Positions 10,252 to 20,204 of a stretch of 64,000 nucleotides of DNA are shown here, piece after piece. The DNA lies in contig CAIZEI010000061.1 in NCBI GenBank assembly GCA_903931945.1, forward strand, positions 2,994-66,993, given 5' to 3'. This stretch comes from an uncultured Hyphomicrobiales bacterium (GTDB lineage: Bacteria; Pseudomonadota; Alphaproteobacteria; Rhizobiales; Beijerinckiaceae). The position numbers were made by a program, and so were the translations under genes. How positions within the stretch are numbered: position 1 is the stretch's first letter; each line of letters starts with the position of its first letter. Under the pieces are notes generated by a model, which saw only the letters and a list, made by a program, of their open reading frames with translations, was not told the origin of the DNA and ran no database searches.

Positions 10252-11782
10252 TCTCGGCCTTGAGGAGGGCGAAGGGCGTCATTGCGAGAATGTAGATATC
10301 GAACAGCAGCGACCAGTTCTCGATATAGTACAGGTCATGTTCGACACGATTTTGCAGTTTTTCATGCGTGTCGGTTTCCCCGCGCCATCCATTGACCTGC
10401 GCCCAACCGGTGATGCCGGGGCGGACTTTGTGGCGTGCGAAATAACCGTCCACCACCTCATCGTATGCGCTGTCAGCGGCTTTGGCGTGCAAAGCATGGG
10501 GGCGCGGTCCGACCAGCGAAAGATTGCCATACCAGGCCACGTTGAAAAGCTGCGGCAGTTCATCGAGCGATGTTCTGCGAATAAAGCGGCCCACACGCGT
10601 CACCCGGGGATCGCCCTTGCTCACCAGTTTTTCGGCGTTCTGGTCGAGATTGTCGGCATACATCGAGCGGAATTTAAGGACCTCGATCAGCTCATTATTG
10701 AAGCCATAGCGTTTCTGACGAAACAGGGCCGGGCCTCTGGAATCAAGTTTCACTGCGATGGCTACAGCCAGCAACAGCGGAAACAATAGGATCAGCAGCG
10801 CCGCGCTCACGATGCGGTCGAAGGCGTTTTTGAGTACAACGTCCCAATCGCCGATCGGCTTGTCGAAGACATCAAGGACAGGGACGGTGCCGACATAGGA
10901 ATAGGATCGTGGTAGCAGGCGCAGTTTATTGCTGTGCGCGGCCAGTCGGATATCGACCGGCAGAACCCACAATTTGCGCAGCATTTGCAGCAACCGTGTT
11001 TCTGCGGTGATCGGCATGGCGAAAATGACCAGATCGAGCCGTGCATGGCGGGCGAACACAACCAGGTCGTCGATCGTGCCGAGTTTCGGATAACCAGCGA
11101 CGACATCCTTGGCGCGTTCGCCGATCCGGTCATCGAACACGCCGTAAATTCGGAGGTCTGTTTCCTTCTGTGTCGCGAGATCCTTTAGCAGGCGTTCGCA
11201 ATCGGGACCGCCGCCAACGACAGCCACGCGTCTGTCGAGCCTGCCATAGCGCGTCAGTCGCCGCGTAACGGTCGAGACAACGCCGCGTTCAAAAAGCAGC
11301 GCAACGAGCGCGGCAAGAAACCAGCTTGACAGCCACACGCGGGAATACACGCCGTCGAGCTTGGCGAAAAAAACGAAGGCGAGGGCGCCGAGAAAAACCA
11401 TTCCGAGCCCACCGATCTGGCGCAGCCCCTGACTGATGGGAGAGCGGAACGCGGCAATGCGATTGATGCCGAGGGCCTGAAACATGACCAGCGCAGAAGC
11501 CGATATTGTCAGGATAGCGATAATATATTCGAGCGAAAATCCTGTCCGGTATGGAAGATAGATAATGTCGATCAGAAACCCTGTGCCGGTCAGGAGCAAG
11601 AAATCGAACAGGCGAACAAAGCCTGTCAGGACGATTGGCGAGTAGGCTCTTTCCGCCGACTGACTGGTCATGACTTCGGCAAGTCGCCGCATCCAGCGAC
11701 GTTCGGCCTCGGGGAGCGGAGCCGATGGCGCGCCCTGCTCGGCATCGAGACGTTTCATGTCGTCGGTATTGAAGGCGGCCAT
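10241..11782 (-). CDS. Undecaprenyl-phosphate glucose phosphotransferase, WcaJ/UppE-like
   Basis: N-terminal TMs, CoA-binding-like VAVVGGG domain, C-terminal KFRSM...[25 protein letters not shown]...VGPRP...[11 protein letters not shown]. Start set at MAAFNTDD (11782). Confidence 0.93.
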   Translation of the reverse strand: MAAFNTDDMKRLDAEQGAPSAPLPEAERRWMRRLAEVMTSQSAERAYSPIVLTGFVRLFDFLLLTGTGFLIDIIYLPYRTGFSLEYIIAILTISASALVMFQALGINRIAAFRSPISQGLRQIGGLGMVFLGALAFVFFAKLDGVYSRVWLSSWFLAALVALLFERGVVSTVTRRLTRYGRLDRRVAVVGGGPDCERLLKDLATQKETDLRIYGVFDDRIGERAKDVVAGYPKLGTIDDLVVFARHARLDLVIFAMPITAETRLLQMLRKLWVLPVDIRLAAHSNKLRLLPRSYSYVGTVPVLDVFDKPIGDWDVVLKNAFDRIVSAALLILLFPLLLAVAIAVKLDSRGPALFRQKRYGFNNELIEVLKFRSMYADNLDQNAEKLVSKGDPRVTRVGRFIRRTSLDELPQLFNVAWYGNLSLVGPRPHALHAKAADSAYDEVVDGYFARHKVRPGITGWAQVNGWRGETDTHEKLQNRVEHDLYYIENWSLLFDIYILAMTPFALLKAENAY

Positions 11783-11783
11783 T

Positions 11784-12992
11784 TTAGTCCCCGGTATGAC
11801 TTGACGTCGGCAGTGGAGATGCGGCGAGTTTGATCGCTGGCCGGTGGGCCGCAAGAGCGTCCCGATATCCGGCAATCACAGAATCGACCATGTTGGAAAT
11901 CGTAAAATAGGACGCGACAAAGTCACGCACCTCGGCCGCGCGCTGCTTCAACTGCGCCGGGTCGCGATCGAGCTCGCTGGCCATGGCCGACGCCAGAACT
12001 TCCGCATTGTCGCACGCAATCAACCGGTCTGCGTAGGGCCCGAAGATTTCGGGTATACCGCCGACATTCGTCGCAATCATGGGCACCTGGCCGCCTGCAG
12101 CTTCAATGACAACGTAGGGCAATGATTCGGCTCTCGATGGGACGAGCAATATGCGCCCGCGCGGAAACGCCTGGCTCGCAGGCATGGCGCCGGGCATTTC
12201 GATGCAGTCTTCCAGACCAACGCGTCTGGCGTGCGCATGAAGCGCATCCTCGTCCGGCCCTGAGCCTACAAGAACGGCGCGCGGCCTGTGCCGGGTTCGC
12301 TCGGTGACGATCTTGAGCGCATCGATCAATGTATCAATGCCCTTGGCGGAGCGGAGCTCGCCAACATAGAGAAACTCGGCGGCGTCTGCGTTGGGGACAA
12401 CAGGGACGGTCTCCGTTTCTGCGATTCCATTCAGAACGATCCGCCGCATACTTTTTTTGTAACCGACGCGTTCGTCGAACCTGCGGCCGATAAAGGCGCT
12501 TTCGAACAGGAACATATCGGTCGCGCGGGCCAATGCAGCTTCGGCCATCATATAAACGCCGTTGATGAACGTGCCAGGCTTGTAGTTAAAACTGCCGCCA
12601 TGCGGGGTGTAGGCGCGCACGCAATCGGCTGCGCCAGGCAGCAAGCCGGGCGCACGTGCGAAAAAGCCGCCTTTCGATCCATGTCCGTGCACAACGTCAG
12701 GCCGGCATTGACGAATCCGCCGCATGACATGGCCCAGCACCAGAAAATCTGTGGGGTAGGGATTGCGATGCATCGCGATGCGCGTGATCCCGAGCTGCAT
12801 CGTCGGCTGCATTTCCGCGAGAGTTTGCGTCGCACGGTCTCCGCCGGTGAGCTGGTCGGCGACAAGGCCAACTGCATGACCTCTCGCCGCCTGCTCGCGC
12901 GCAAGGTCGACGACATGGCGAAAAAGCCCACCAAGCGGAGCGCGCAAAACGTGAAGAATGCGCAACTTCTGTGCGGGAGTTCCGACGGCCAT
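11784..12992 (-). CDS. Glycosyltransferase family 4 (UppD-like)
   Basis: LRILHVLRAPLGGLFRHV; YVGELRSAKG; PSRAESLPYVVIEA. Confidence 0.92.
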   Translation of the reverse strand: MAVGTPAQKLRILHVLRAPLGGLFRHVVDLAREQAARGHAVGLVADQLTGGDRATQTLAEMQPTMQLGITRIAMHRNPYPTDFLVLGHVMRRIRQCRPDVVHGHGSKGGFFARAPGLLPGAADCVRAYTPHGGSFNYKPGTFINGVYMMAEAALARATDMFLFESAFIGRRFDERVGYKKSMRRIVLNGIAETETVPVVPNADAAEFLYVGELRSAKGIDTLIDALKIVTERTRHRPRAVLVGSGPDEDALHAHARRVGLEDCIEMPGAMPASQAFPRGRILLVPSRAESLPYVVIEAAGGQVPMIATNVGGIPEIFGPYADRLIACDNAEVLASAMASELDRDPAQLKQRAAEVRDFVASYFTISNMVDSVIAGYRDALAAHRPAIKLAASPLPTSSHTGD

Positions 12993-13009
12993 TTGCGCAT
13001 TCCTGTTGG

Positions 13010-13570
13010 TCAGAAGAATCGCTCTCGTACGGTGATCGTGTCGCCGGGGTGAACCAGATGCGCAGGCACGACCGAATAGGTGACGGGATAGCCATCAATG
13101 ACGCGCGTGAGATCGACATGATCCCTGGCTGCACGCGGCGAGAAGCCGCCAGCAATCGCGACCGCTGTCTGGACGGTCATGCCGCTGACGAAAGGATATT
13201 GTCCAGCTGTCGTAACCTCGCCAAGAACGAAGAATGGACGGAATGCTTCGACCTCTACAGAAACCTTGGGTTCGCGCAGAAAGCCTGAGCGCAGCCTGGC
13301 TTCAATCTCGCGCTCAAGATCATGCGTCGAACGCCCCTGCGCCGGCACAAGACCGATCAGAGGCATGGAAAGATGCCCCGATCCGTCCACAGCGTAGGAG
13401 TTCGACAATGCGTCTTGCCCGAATACGATCACGCGAAGTCGATCCCCGCTGGCCAGAGTATAGGGTTGCGTCGGATCCTCGGGAAAGTATCCCTGCTGAT
13501 ATCGAGGCCCTCCGCACGCGGCCAGCGTGGAGAGCGCGACGATACAGAAAAGTTGAATCAAACGTCGCAT
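13010..13570 (-). CDS. Polysaccharide export lipoprotein, Wza/OPX (UppC-like)
   Basis: Lipobox LAAC; YTLASGDRLRVIVFGQ...GHLSMPLIG (Poly_export domain); SLBB-like FFVLGEVTTAGQYP. Confidence 0.92.
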   Translation of the reverse strand: MRRLIQLFCIVALSTLAACGGPRYQQGYFPEDPTQPYTLASGDRLRVIVFGQDALSNSYAVDGSGHLSMPLIGLVPAQGRSTHDLEREIEARLRSGFLREPKVSVEVEAFRPFFVLGEVTTAGQYPFVSGMTVQTAVAIAGGFSPRAARDHVDLTRVIDGYPVTYSVVPAHLVHPGDTITVRERFF

Positions 13571-13736
13571 AAAATGATCCGCTACCATAAGTCGTGGGCC
13601 GAATGAGCCCCATGGTTTCATTTCTATTCGCACTTGGTTAAGAATTGCTGACTTGCGGTTATTTGGTAACCTTTTCTATTAACCCAGCTTTCATTTTGAT
13701 CAGTGACAATCGCGGTGTTCGGTCTATGGGTTACCC

Positions 13737-15830
13737 ATGCGTAATGAGTCGATCACTACATCCGTCCCTGCGGCAGGCGCCGATGGCGAACTCGATGTTT
13801 CAACCATCGGACGCGCAATCGCGCAAAAAAAAGCGTGGGTTATCGTTCCGACGGTCGCATGTTTGGTCGGATCTGCGGCCTTTGTGACATTGGCGACGCC
13901 AAAATATACGGCGACAGCCGACGTTTTGATCGAAAATCAGGAAAATTACTTCACCAGACCGACCGCAGCGCCAGGGTCTGCGGACGCGCAGACGCTGGCC
14001 ATCGATCCTGAAGCTGTTGCGAGCCAGGTGCAGATCGTGATGTCGCGCGAGCTTGGCAAGCGGGCAATCGCGGAACTCGGTCTGAAAGGAAATCCTGAAT
14101 TCGATCCGACGGCAAAGGGCCCGGGACTGCTTTCGATGCTTTTTGGCGGGGGCCGGAAATCGGCCACGCAGGAAGACAGCATTCTGGAAGCCTATTTTGA
14201 GCAGTTGAATGTTTTCGCGGTCGTGAAAACGCGCGTGCTCCAGATTGAGTTTACATCGAGCGATCCTGAATTTGCGGCGCGTGCAGCGAACAAGGTCGCA
14301 GACCTCTATTTAAACATTCAGTCTGACGCCAAGCGCGATGCCGCGCGGGCTTCTGCAACCTCGATCGCCGATCTTGTTTCCGATCTGCGGAGCAAGGCGT
14401 CGACGGCCGAAGGCGCAGCCGAAGCCTGGCGCGCAGAGCATGGGCTGACGATTGGCGCCAATAATATCACAATGACCGGACAACAATTGTCTGATCTCAG
14501 CACCCAAGTGGGGCTCGCCAAGGCCGCACAGGCCGAATCGCAGGCCAAAGCGCGCATGTTGCGTGACATGGTCAAGCAGGGCCGGCTCGGCGATGTCACG
14601 GATGTCGCCAACAATGAGCTCATTCGCAAGATGGCGGGAGACAGGTCGACGTTGCGCGCGCAAATTGCGTCGGAATCGCGGACCTTGTTGCCCGGACATC
14701 CCCGGATCAAGGAATTGAATGCGCAGCTTGAAGAACTTGACAGCCAGATCCGTCTGGCGGTTGAGCGCACGGCGCGCGCACTCGAGAACGATGCTTCGGT
14801 GGCCGGCGCGCGGTTGGAAAATCTGGCGACAGCCCTTGCCCAGCAAAAGAAGGAAGTCGGCGGCTCCAGCGCTGACGAGGCGCACGCGCGCGAGCTTGAT
14901 CGTGTGGCCAAGCAGTTCCGCGATCAGCTTGAAGCCAATATGGCGAAATATCAGGAAGCCACTGCGCGTGAGAATTCGCAATCCACGCCTGGCGACGCCC
15001 GTGTCGTATCGCGCGCGATCGCCCCGCTGTTGCCTTCCTTTCCCAAAAAAATCCCGATCGTCGCTTTTGGAACCTTCGCAGGATTGGTTCTCTCGACCGG
15101 CTATCTGGTTTCGTCCGAGTTAATGTCCGGGCGCGCCTATGCCAGCGCGTCGCAGGGACCAGAGTTTGCCGCAGATGCCGGAAAGCCGGCGGCGCCGATC
15201 CGGACGCCGGCGACGCCCGATGCTCCCATCGGCGTCGATGCGCGTCGCCAGCGCCGCCGGGGCCCCGGCGAGCAGCCCGTTTCCAATGCTTTGACAGGGC
15301 TGGCTGCGCGGTTGTTGGCCGCGCCCGCAGGTGAATTTGCACAGCGCGTGCTCGTTGTCAGCGAGGCGGACGAAGCATCCGCGCGCGATGTGGCCGCATC
15401 GCTCGGTAAACTCCTTGCCCGCGACCATCGCGCGATTCTCGTTGAAGTCGATGATGAACTGGGCGGCGGCGACAGTGTCGGGCTCGGCGATATTCTCGCC
15501 GGAACCGCCGACTTCGAGGCCTCGATTCAACGCGAACCGGGTTCGCGGTTGCATCTGCTTTGCGCTGGCGATGCTTCGTTCGAGTATGACAAGCATTGCG
15601 AAGTCGTGCTCGACGCGTTGTCGCGAACCTACGATTTTGTGATTGTCGTGGCGCCCCCCTTGAGCACGCATGACACGGCCGTGGCTATTGCGCCGGACGT
15701 CGAATGCGCGGTGCTTGCGTGCGCGGGAGAACCCGATGCGCTTGCGATGCAGGAATTGACTCACGCAGGCGCCGGGCAGGTGGTCGCTATCGATCAGGCG
15801 GCACGCCGGTCTGGCCGTTCAGCGGCCTGA
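13737..15830 (+). CDS. Polysaccharide co-polymerase, GumC/ExoP/Wzc-like (UppA-like)
   Basis: Wzz-type N-terminal TM plus PKYTATADVLIE, long coiled coil, second TM after PSFPKK, and a C-terminal P-loop-like domain with degenerate Walker A. Confidence 0.88.
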   Translation: MRNESITTSVPAAGADGELDVSTIGRAIAQKKAWVIVPTVACLVGSAAFVTLATPKYTATADVLIENQENYFTRPTAAPGSADAQTLAIDPEAVASQVQIVMSRELGKRAIAELGLKGNPEFDPTAKGPGLLSMLFGGGRKSATQEDSILEAYFEQLNVFAVVKTRVLQIEFTSSDPEFAARAANKVADLYLNIQSDAKRDAARASATSIADLVSDLRSKASTAEGAAEAWRAEHGLTIGANNITMTGQQLSDLSTQVGLAKAAQAESQAKARMLRDMVKQGRLGDVTDVANNELIRKMAGDRSTLRAQIASESRTLLPGHPRIKELNAQLEELDSQIRLAVERTARALENDASVAGARLENLATALAQQKKEVGGSSADEAHARELDRVAKQFRDQLEANMAKYQEATARENSQSTPGDARVVSRAIAPLLPSFPKKIPIVAFGTFAGLVLSTGYLVSSELMSGRAYASASQGPEFAADAGKPAAPIRTPATPDAPIGVDARRQRRRGPGEQPVSNALTGLAARLLAAPAGEFAQRVLVVSEADEASARDVAASLGKLLARDHRAILVEVDDELGGGDSVGLGDILAGTADFEASIQREPGSRLHLLCAGDASFEYDKHCEVVLDALSRTYDFVIVVAPPLSTHDTAVAIAPDVECAVLACAGEPDALAMQELTHAGAGQVVAIDQAARRSGRSAA

Positions 15831-15926
15831 TGCATCGCATCCCATAGTTCTTGACCTGCGCTGGCGCGTTGCCTTAACGTTCGCGCTATCGGGCGCCGTG
15901 TTGCCGGCGCATGGAGGAGACGGGAC

Positions 15927-16718
15927 GTGGCCGGCGTGACGCGTCCAGCTTTTGAACTTGTGGTTGAGGGCGTATCGCACGCCTATGGCGCAACAACCGC
16001 GCTCGAGAATATTTCGTTCAGAGTTGCTGCGGGCGAGATTGTCGCTGTCATCGGTCCGTCGGGATGCGGCAAATCAACCTTGCTCGGAATCATTGGCGGT
16101 TTGATCGCCCCGACAGCGGGTTCAGTGGGCGTGCGCGGCCCCTTGCCGGAAGATTCGCTCAATCCCTTCACCTTCGTCTTTCAGGATTTTGCCTTGCTGC
16201 CCTGGCGCGACACGCGCGCCAATGTGATGCTGCCGCTGGAGCACCACAAGCTCGATGCAGAGGAAAAGCAGGCGCGCGTCGATGACGCGTTGGCGCGCAC
16301 CGGTCTGACGGAATTTGCAGGCGCGTTGCCCAAACAATTGTCAGGCGGCATGAAACAGCGCGTTGGCATAGCGCGCGCTCTGGTCGTCAAACCTGCGGTT
16401 CTGCTGATGGATGAGCCGCTTTCGGCTCTGGACGGGCAGACGCGCGAACTACTGATGGACGATTTTGAAGCGATCTGGGCGCGTGAAAACACCACCGGCG
16501 TCTATGTGACCCATAATCTCGACGAGGCCCTGCGCATGGCGGACCGGGTGTTGGCGCTGTGTCGCCGTCCTGGCCGCGTGCGGGAGATTGTCGCCATCGA
16601 TATTCCGCGCGGCGAACGCATAAAGCCTGCGGCCCTCGTGGAACTGGCGGCCTTGCGCGAAAAGCTCTGGGGCCACATTCGCGAGGAAGCGCGGATGGCC
16701 GACCGGGAGGTTGTTTGA
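15927..16718 (+). CDS. ABC transporter ATP-binding protein, NitT/TauB/SsuB type
   Basis: GPSGCGKST, FQDFALLPWR, LSGGMKQR, LLMDEPLSALD, VTHNLDEA; no TOBE tail. Confidence 0.93.
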   Translation: MAGVTRPAFELVVEGVSHAYGATTALENISFRVAAGEIVAVIGPSGCGKSTLLGIIGGLIAPTAGSVGVRGPLPEDSLNPFTFVFQDFALLPWRDTRANVMLPLEHHKLDAEEKQARVDDALARTGLTEFAGALPKQLSGGMKQRVGIARALVVKPAVLLMDEPLSALDGQTRELLMDDFEAIWARENTTGVYVTHNLDEALRMADRVLALCRRPGRVREIVAIDIPRGERIKPAALVELAALREKLWGHIREEARMADREVV

Positions 16719-16766
16719 AAGCGGGGGACGTTCGCGCTAGGCTTTCGAAAAGGGGAGGAAGCCGCG

Positions 16767-18050
16767 ATGCCATCCGTGTTGCATACATCCAAACAAAATC
16801 CGATGGACGGCAGACCCTCTCCTGGAGGGAGAAGGTGGTCGCGGAGCAACCCGGTGTGGGGTTTCGATCTCTCCGATCGTCAAGATAATTGCCGCGAAAA
16901 GTCGCTGCACGCCCGCGTTGGAAATCCCTCGCCCCGCCGCCATGGCCCGCCTGAGGGACAGGTGTCCTCCAGACGGTTTGGGGCGGCGACCTTTTCCCTT
17001 TGTGGAAAGGTTTACGCGCTGACCTATCTGTTTTTTCTTCCGCTGCTAAATTTATCCACTTCCCTCCCCGCATTCGCGCAAGACTCCGTCGCGCAATTCT
17101 ATCGCGGCAAGACGCTGACAATTCTCGTGACCAACGGTATTGGCGGCGGGTTTGACACCTACGCGCGTTTTATCGGTCGCTATCTCGGCGCGCATATTCC
17201 CGGCAATCCGAATGTCGTTGTCCAGAATATGCAGGGCGCGGGCGGGGTTGTGGGAACAAACTGGATCGCCACCATCGGCGCCAAAGACGGGACGGTGCTG
17301 GGCGCTGTGCATCCCGCCGCATTGCTGGAGCCGCTGCTCGGCGACAAAGCCAAGGTTAAATACGACCCCTCAAAATTTCAGTATATCGGCAACGCCAACA
17401 GCGATGTGTTCGTATGCGTAACGCGCGCGGATGCGCCCGCCAAAACCTTCGCGGAAGCCTTGCAAAAGGAAACAATTGTCGGCGCAGCAGGGGACGCGGC
17501 CTCGCTGCGCGACATGCCGACGCTGCTGAACTCCGTGCTGGGTGCGAAATTCAAAATCGTCATGGGTTATGACGGCAGCCGGGCGATCCAGATCGCCCTT
17601 GAGCGCGGCGAAATCAATGGCCAGTGCGGCGTCGCATGGTCGGCGATTTCGTCCGTTCATCCCGAATGGTTTTCGAGCGGCCTCATCAAGCCATTGGTGC
17701 AGGAAGCGGTCGTCAGCTATCCCGCTCTTGACGCTATGGGCGTTCCGCGCAGCGTCGATTTTGCCAAAACGGACCTGCAAAGCGGTGTATTGGCGCTGGG
17801 TTATGCGCAGGAAACCATCGGTCGTCCCTATCTGATGGCGGCGGAAACGCCGCCCGAGCGTGTCGAAGCCCTGCGCAAGGCGTTTGCCGAAACGCTGGCT
17901 GCGCCTGATGTGCAGGCCGAGGCGCGCCGCATCGGGCTCGATATCCAGTCGATGGGCGGCGCTGATGTTCAGCGCTTTCTGGCGAAGGTTTATCAAACGC
18001 CACCGGATATTGTCGCCGCCACGCGCAAGGCGCTCAGGCCTGAGGGTTGA
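16767..18050 (+). CDS. Bug/TctC-family periplasmic solute-binding protein (start uncertain; N-terminus includes repeat copy A)
   Basis: AQDSVAQFYRGKTLTILV...GGGFDTYAR...HIPGNPNVVVQNMQGAGG...KDGT. ATG 16767 has GGAGG upstream. Confidence 0.88.
   Translation: MPSVLHTSKQNPMDGRPSPGGRRWSRSNPVWGFDLSDRQDNCREKSLHARVGNPSPRRHGPPEGQVSSRRFGAATFSLCGKVYALTYLFFLPLLNLSTSLPAFAQDSVAQFYRGKTLTILVTNGIGGGFDTYARFIGRYLGAHIPGNPNVVVQNMQGAGGVVGTNWIATIGAKDGTVLGAVHPAALLEPLLGDKAKVKYDPSKFQYIGNANSDVFVCVTRADAPAKTFAEALQKETIVGAAGDAASLRDMPTLLNSVLGAKFKIVMGYDGSRAIQIALERGEINGQCGVAWSAISSVHPEWFSSGLIKPLVQEAVVSYPALDAMGVPRSVDFAKTDLQSGVLALGYAQETIGRPYLMAAETPPERVEALRKAFAETLAAPDVQAEARRIGLDIQSMGGADVQRFLAKVYQTPPDIVAATRKALRPEG
16815..17010. 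repeat. Bipartite inverted-repeat element, copy A
   Basis: Left arm CCCTCTCCTGGAGGGAGAAGGTGGTCGCGGAGCAACCCGGTGTGGGG closely matches copy E; right arm CCCTCGCCCCGCCGCC...GGCGGCGACCTTTTCCCTTTGTGGAAAGG carries an internal insert. Confidence 0.8.
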
Positions 18051-18053
18051 GCT

Positions 18054-19085
18054 ATGCGCAAAGTGATTGCGATCGGCGTTTTGGCGACCTGGGTTGTGTA
18101 TGCGCCGCCACTTTATGCGCAAAACGCTGTCGAGCAATTCTACAAGGGTAAATCGATCTCCATCCTGATCGGCTCGAATGCAGGCGGCGGCTACGATGCC
18201 TATGCGCGTCTGACCGGGCGATATCTCTCCAGATATATTCCCGGTCATCCCGCTGTGATTTTTTCGAATATGAGCGGGGCCGGCGGAGCCACGGTCATTA
18301 ATTACGTCTCGACCGTCGCGCCGCGCGATGGAACGGTCATGGCGGCGACATCGGGCCCTGCGCTGCTTGAACCTCTGCTCGGCGCGACGAAAACGGTGCG
18401 CTATGACCCCTTGAAATTCAACTATATCGGCAGCGCCAACGCTGAGGTTTCAACCTGCGTCATTCGCAAGGACGCCGCAGTCCAGAAATTCGAGGATGTT
18501 TTCACGACCGAAGCCATCATCGGGTCGAGCGGCGGCACGACGCATGATTTGCCTGCCGCAATGATCGCGACGCTTGGCGCCAAATTGCGGTTGGTTGGCG
18601 GCTATCCCGGATCGCGCGAGGTTTTGCTTGCAATGGACAAGGGAGAAGTGCAGGGGATCTGTGGAATGGGCTTTACCAGCGTGGCTTCGCAACGGCCCGA
18701 TTGGCTGAAACCGGATTCGCCGGTGCGCTTTCTGGCGCAGGAAACATTGGACCACGAGGCGACGCTTGATGCTCTGAAAGTGCCGCGCGCGATCGACTAC
18801 GCCAGAACGCCCGAGGCGCGAGCGGTGCTTGAAGTGGTTTATGCGCAGCTCACTTTCACCAGGCCATTCATGATGGCGGAGGGCGCCCCCAAAGACCGTG
18901 TGGAGGCCATTCGCGCGGCGTTCCTGCAGGCGCTTGCGGACCCCGAATTGCTTTCCGAGGCCGACAGGCTTGGCCTCGTCGTGACAGCCATGTCCGGCGC
19001 TGTGCTCGATGGGCGCATTCACGCGGTCTACGCAACGCCGAAGTCTGTTATCGACAAGGTGAAAGCGGCCATCGCCGAACCCTGA
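18054..19085 (+). CDS. Bug/TctC-family periplasmic solute-binding protein
   Basis: Signal peptide; FYKGKSISILIGSNAGGGYDAYAR...NMSGAGG...PRDGT; paralog of the upstream gene. Confidence 0.92.
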   Translation: MRKVIAIGVLATWVVYAPPLYAQNAVEQFYKGKSISILIGSNAGGGYDAYARLTGRYLSRYIPGHPAVIFSNMSGAGGATVINYVSTVAPRDGTVMAATSGPALLEPLLGATKTVRYDPLKFNYIGSANAEVSTCVIRKDAAVQKFEDVFTTEAIIGSSGGTTHDLPAAMIATLGAKLRLVGGYPGSREVLLAMDKGEVQGICGMGFTSVASQRPDWLKPDSPVRFLAQETLDHEATLDALKVPRAIDYARTPEARAVLEVVYAQLTFTRPFMMAEGAPKDRVEAIRAAFLQALADPELLSEADRLGLVVTAMSGAVLDGRIHAVYATPKSVIDKVKAAIAEP

Positions 19086-19202
19086 TATCGGCAAAAAGTC
19101 CAACGCCGCATTGACCGCGACCGCCGGGTCTGTGTATCACAGGCGCAATGCCTGATGCTGGCGGCGTACGCGGCGGGGCGTCCAATCCCCTGGGAGGATT
19201 TT

Positions 19203-20033
19203 ATGAGCGACGACGTGATCAAACTGGAAAATGTGAAAATCGAGCGCGAAGGCGGGATTACATTCGTTGTTCTCAACCGGCCGGAAAAGCGCAACGCCAT
19301 GTCGCCCCAATTGCACATGGATATGTGCGATGCGCTCGACTGGGCCGAGATGGACGACCAGACCAAGGTCGTCGTGATTACCGGCGCTGGCGGCCATTTT
19401 TGCGCCGGGCAGGATTTGAAGCTGTATTTCCGCGGCACCGAGGACGATCCCAAACTGCGTGTCAAAGCGCGGCGCGCGGCGCATTCATGGCGCTGGGACA
19501 AACTGTCGCGGTTCCCCAAGGCGACCATCGCCATGGTGCATGGCTATTGCTTTGGCGGCGGTTTCACGCCGGTGATCGCTTGCGATTTTGCAATCGCGGC
19601 TGACGACGCCACCTTCGGCCTGTCCGAAGTCAACTGGGGCATCATTCCGGGCGGGCTTGTCGCCTGGGCGGTGACGCAAGTGATGAATTATCGCGACGCC
19701 ATCTATTATTCGGTGACCGGCGAGCGCTTCAGCGGCAAGGAAGCCGCTGCGATGAAATTCGTCAATAAATCCTACCCTGTTGCGGACCTGCGCGCCAAGA
19801 CGATTGAATTTGCCAAAATGCTGGAGGCCAAAAGCCCCGCAGCGGTCAAATACACCAAGGAAGCCGTGCGTTCGGTGCGTGGCATGTCGCAGGATCAGGC
19901 CATGGATTACCTGAACTGCAAGAGCGACGCGCTGAAATTCGCCGACCCCGAAAAGGGGCGCGAAAAGGCGATGAAAATGTTCCTCGACGAGAAGGTGTTC
20001 AAGCCCGGCCTCGGCGAATTCAAGCGCGGCTGA
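19203..20033 (+). CDS. p-hydroxycinnamoyl/feruloyl-CoA hydratase-lyase (HCHL/Ech/CouA type, crotonase family)
   Basis: LNRPEKRNAMSP, AGQDLKLYFR, GYCFGGGFTP, FGLSEVNWG, C-terminal FLDEKVFKPGL; matches the Pseudomonas HCHL pattern as I recall it (DLKEYFR, LSEINWG, FLDDKSIKPGL). Confidence 0.88.
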   Translation: MSDDVIKLENVKIEREGGITFVVLNRPEKRNAMSPQLHMDMCDALDWAEMDDQTKVVVITGAGGHFCAGQDLKLYFRGTEDDPKLRVKARRAAHSWRWDKLSRFPKATIAMVHGYCFGGGFTPVIACDFAIAADDATFGLSEVNWGIIPGGLVAWAVTQVMNYRDAIYYSVTGERFSGKEAAAMKFVNKSYPVADLRAKTIEFAKMLEAKSPAAVKYTKEAVRSVRGMSQDQAMDYLNCKSDALKFADPEKGREKAMKMFLDEKVFKPGLGEFKRG

Positions 20034-20059
20034 GCGATATCCAAAACAGATGCGATGCG

Positions 20060-20204
20060 CCCCCGTGTTTACGGGCAGAGGGCTGGGGTGAGGGGCTACA
20101 CAATGTTCGAGTTTTTTCGAACATCTGAATCCACCATCAAAGTTGGGCGCAGCCCCACATCCGGCCTTTCAGGCCACCTTCTCCCCGTTAGGTCGGGGAA
20201 AAGG
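20060..20204. repeat. Bipartite inverted-repeat element, copy B
   Basis: Left arm CCCCCGTGTTTACGGGCAGAGGGCTGGGGTGAGGGG; right arm GCCCCACATCCGGCCTTTCAGGCCACCTTCTCCCCGTTAGGTCGGGGAAAAGG; spacer contains the hairpin ATGTTCGA...TCGAACAT. Confidence 0.8.

Noticed and set aside
13634-13700. TTAA(C) half-sites in the wza/co-polymerase divergent promoter as CtrA boxes (also near 55995-56015)
   Set aside because: No TTAA-N7-TTAA with correct spacing and sequence; half-sites alone are insufficient.
16852-16880. GGGGTTTCGATCTCTCC resembling a tRNA T-arm
   Set aside because: No acceptor stem, D-arm or anticodon arm; it is the arm/spacer boundary of repeat copy A.
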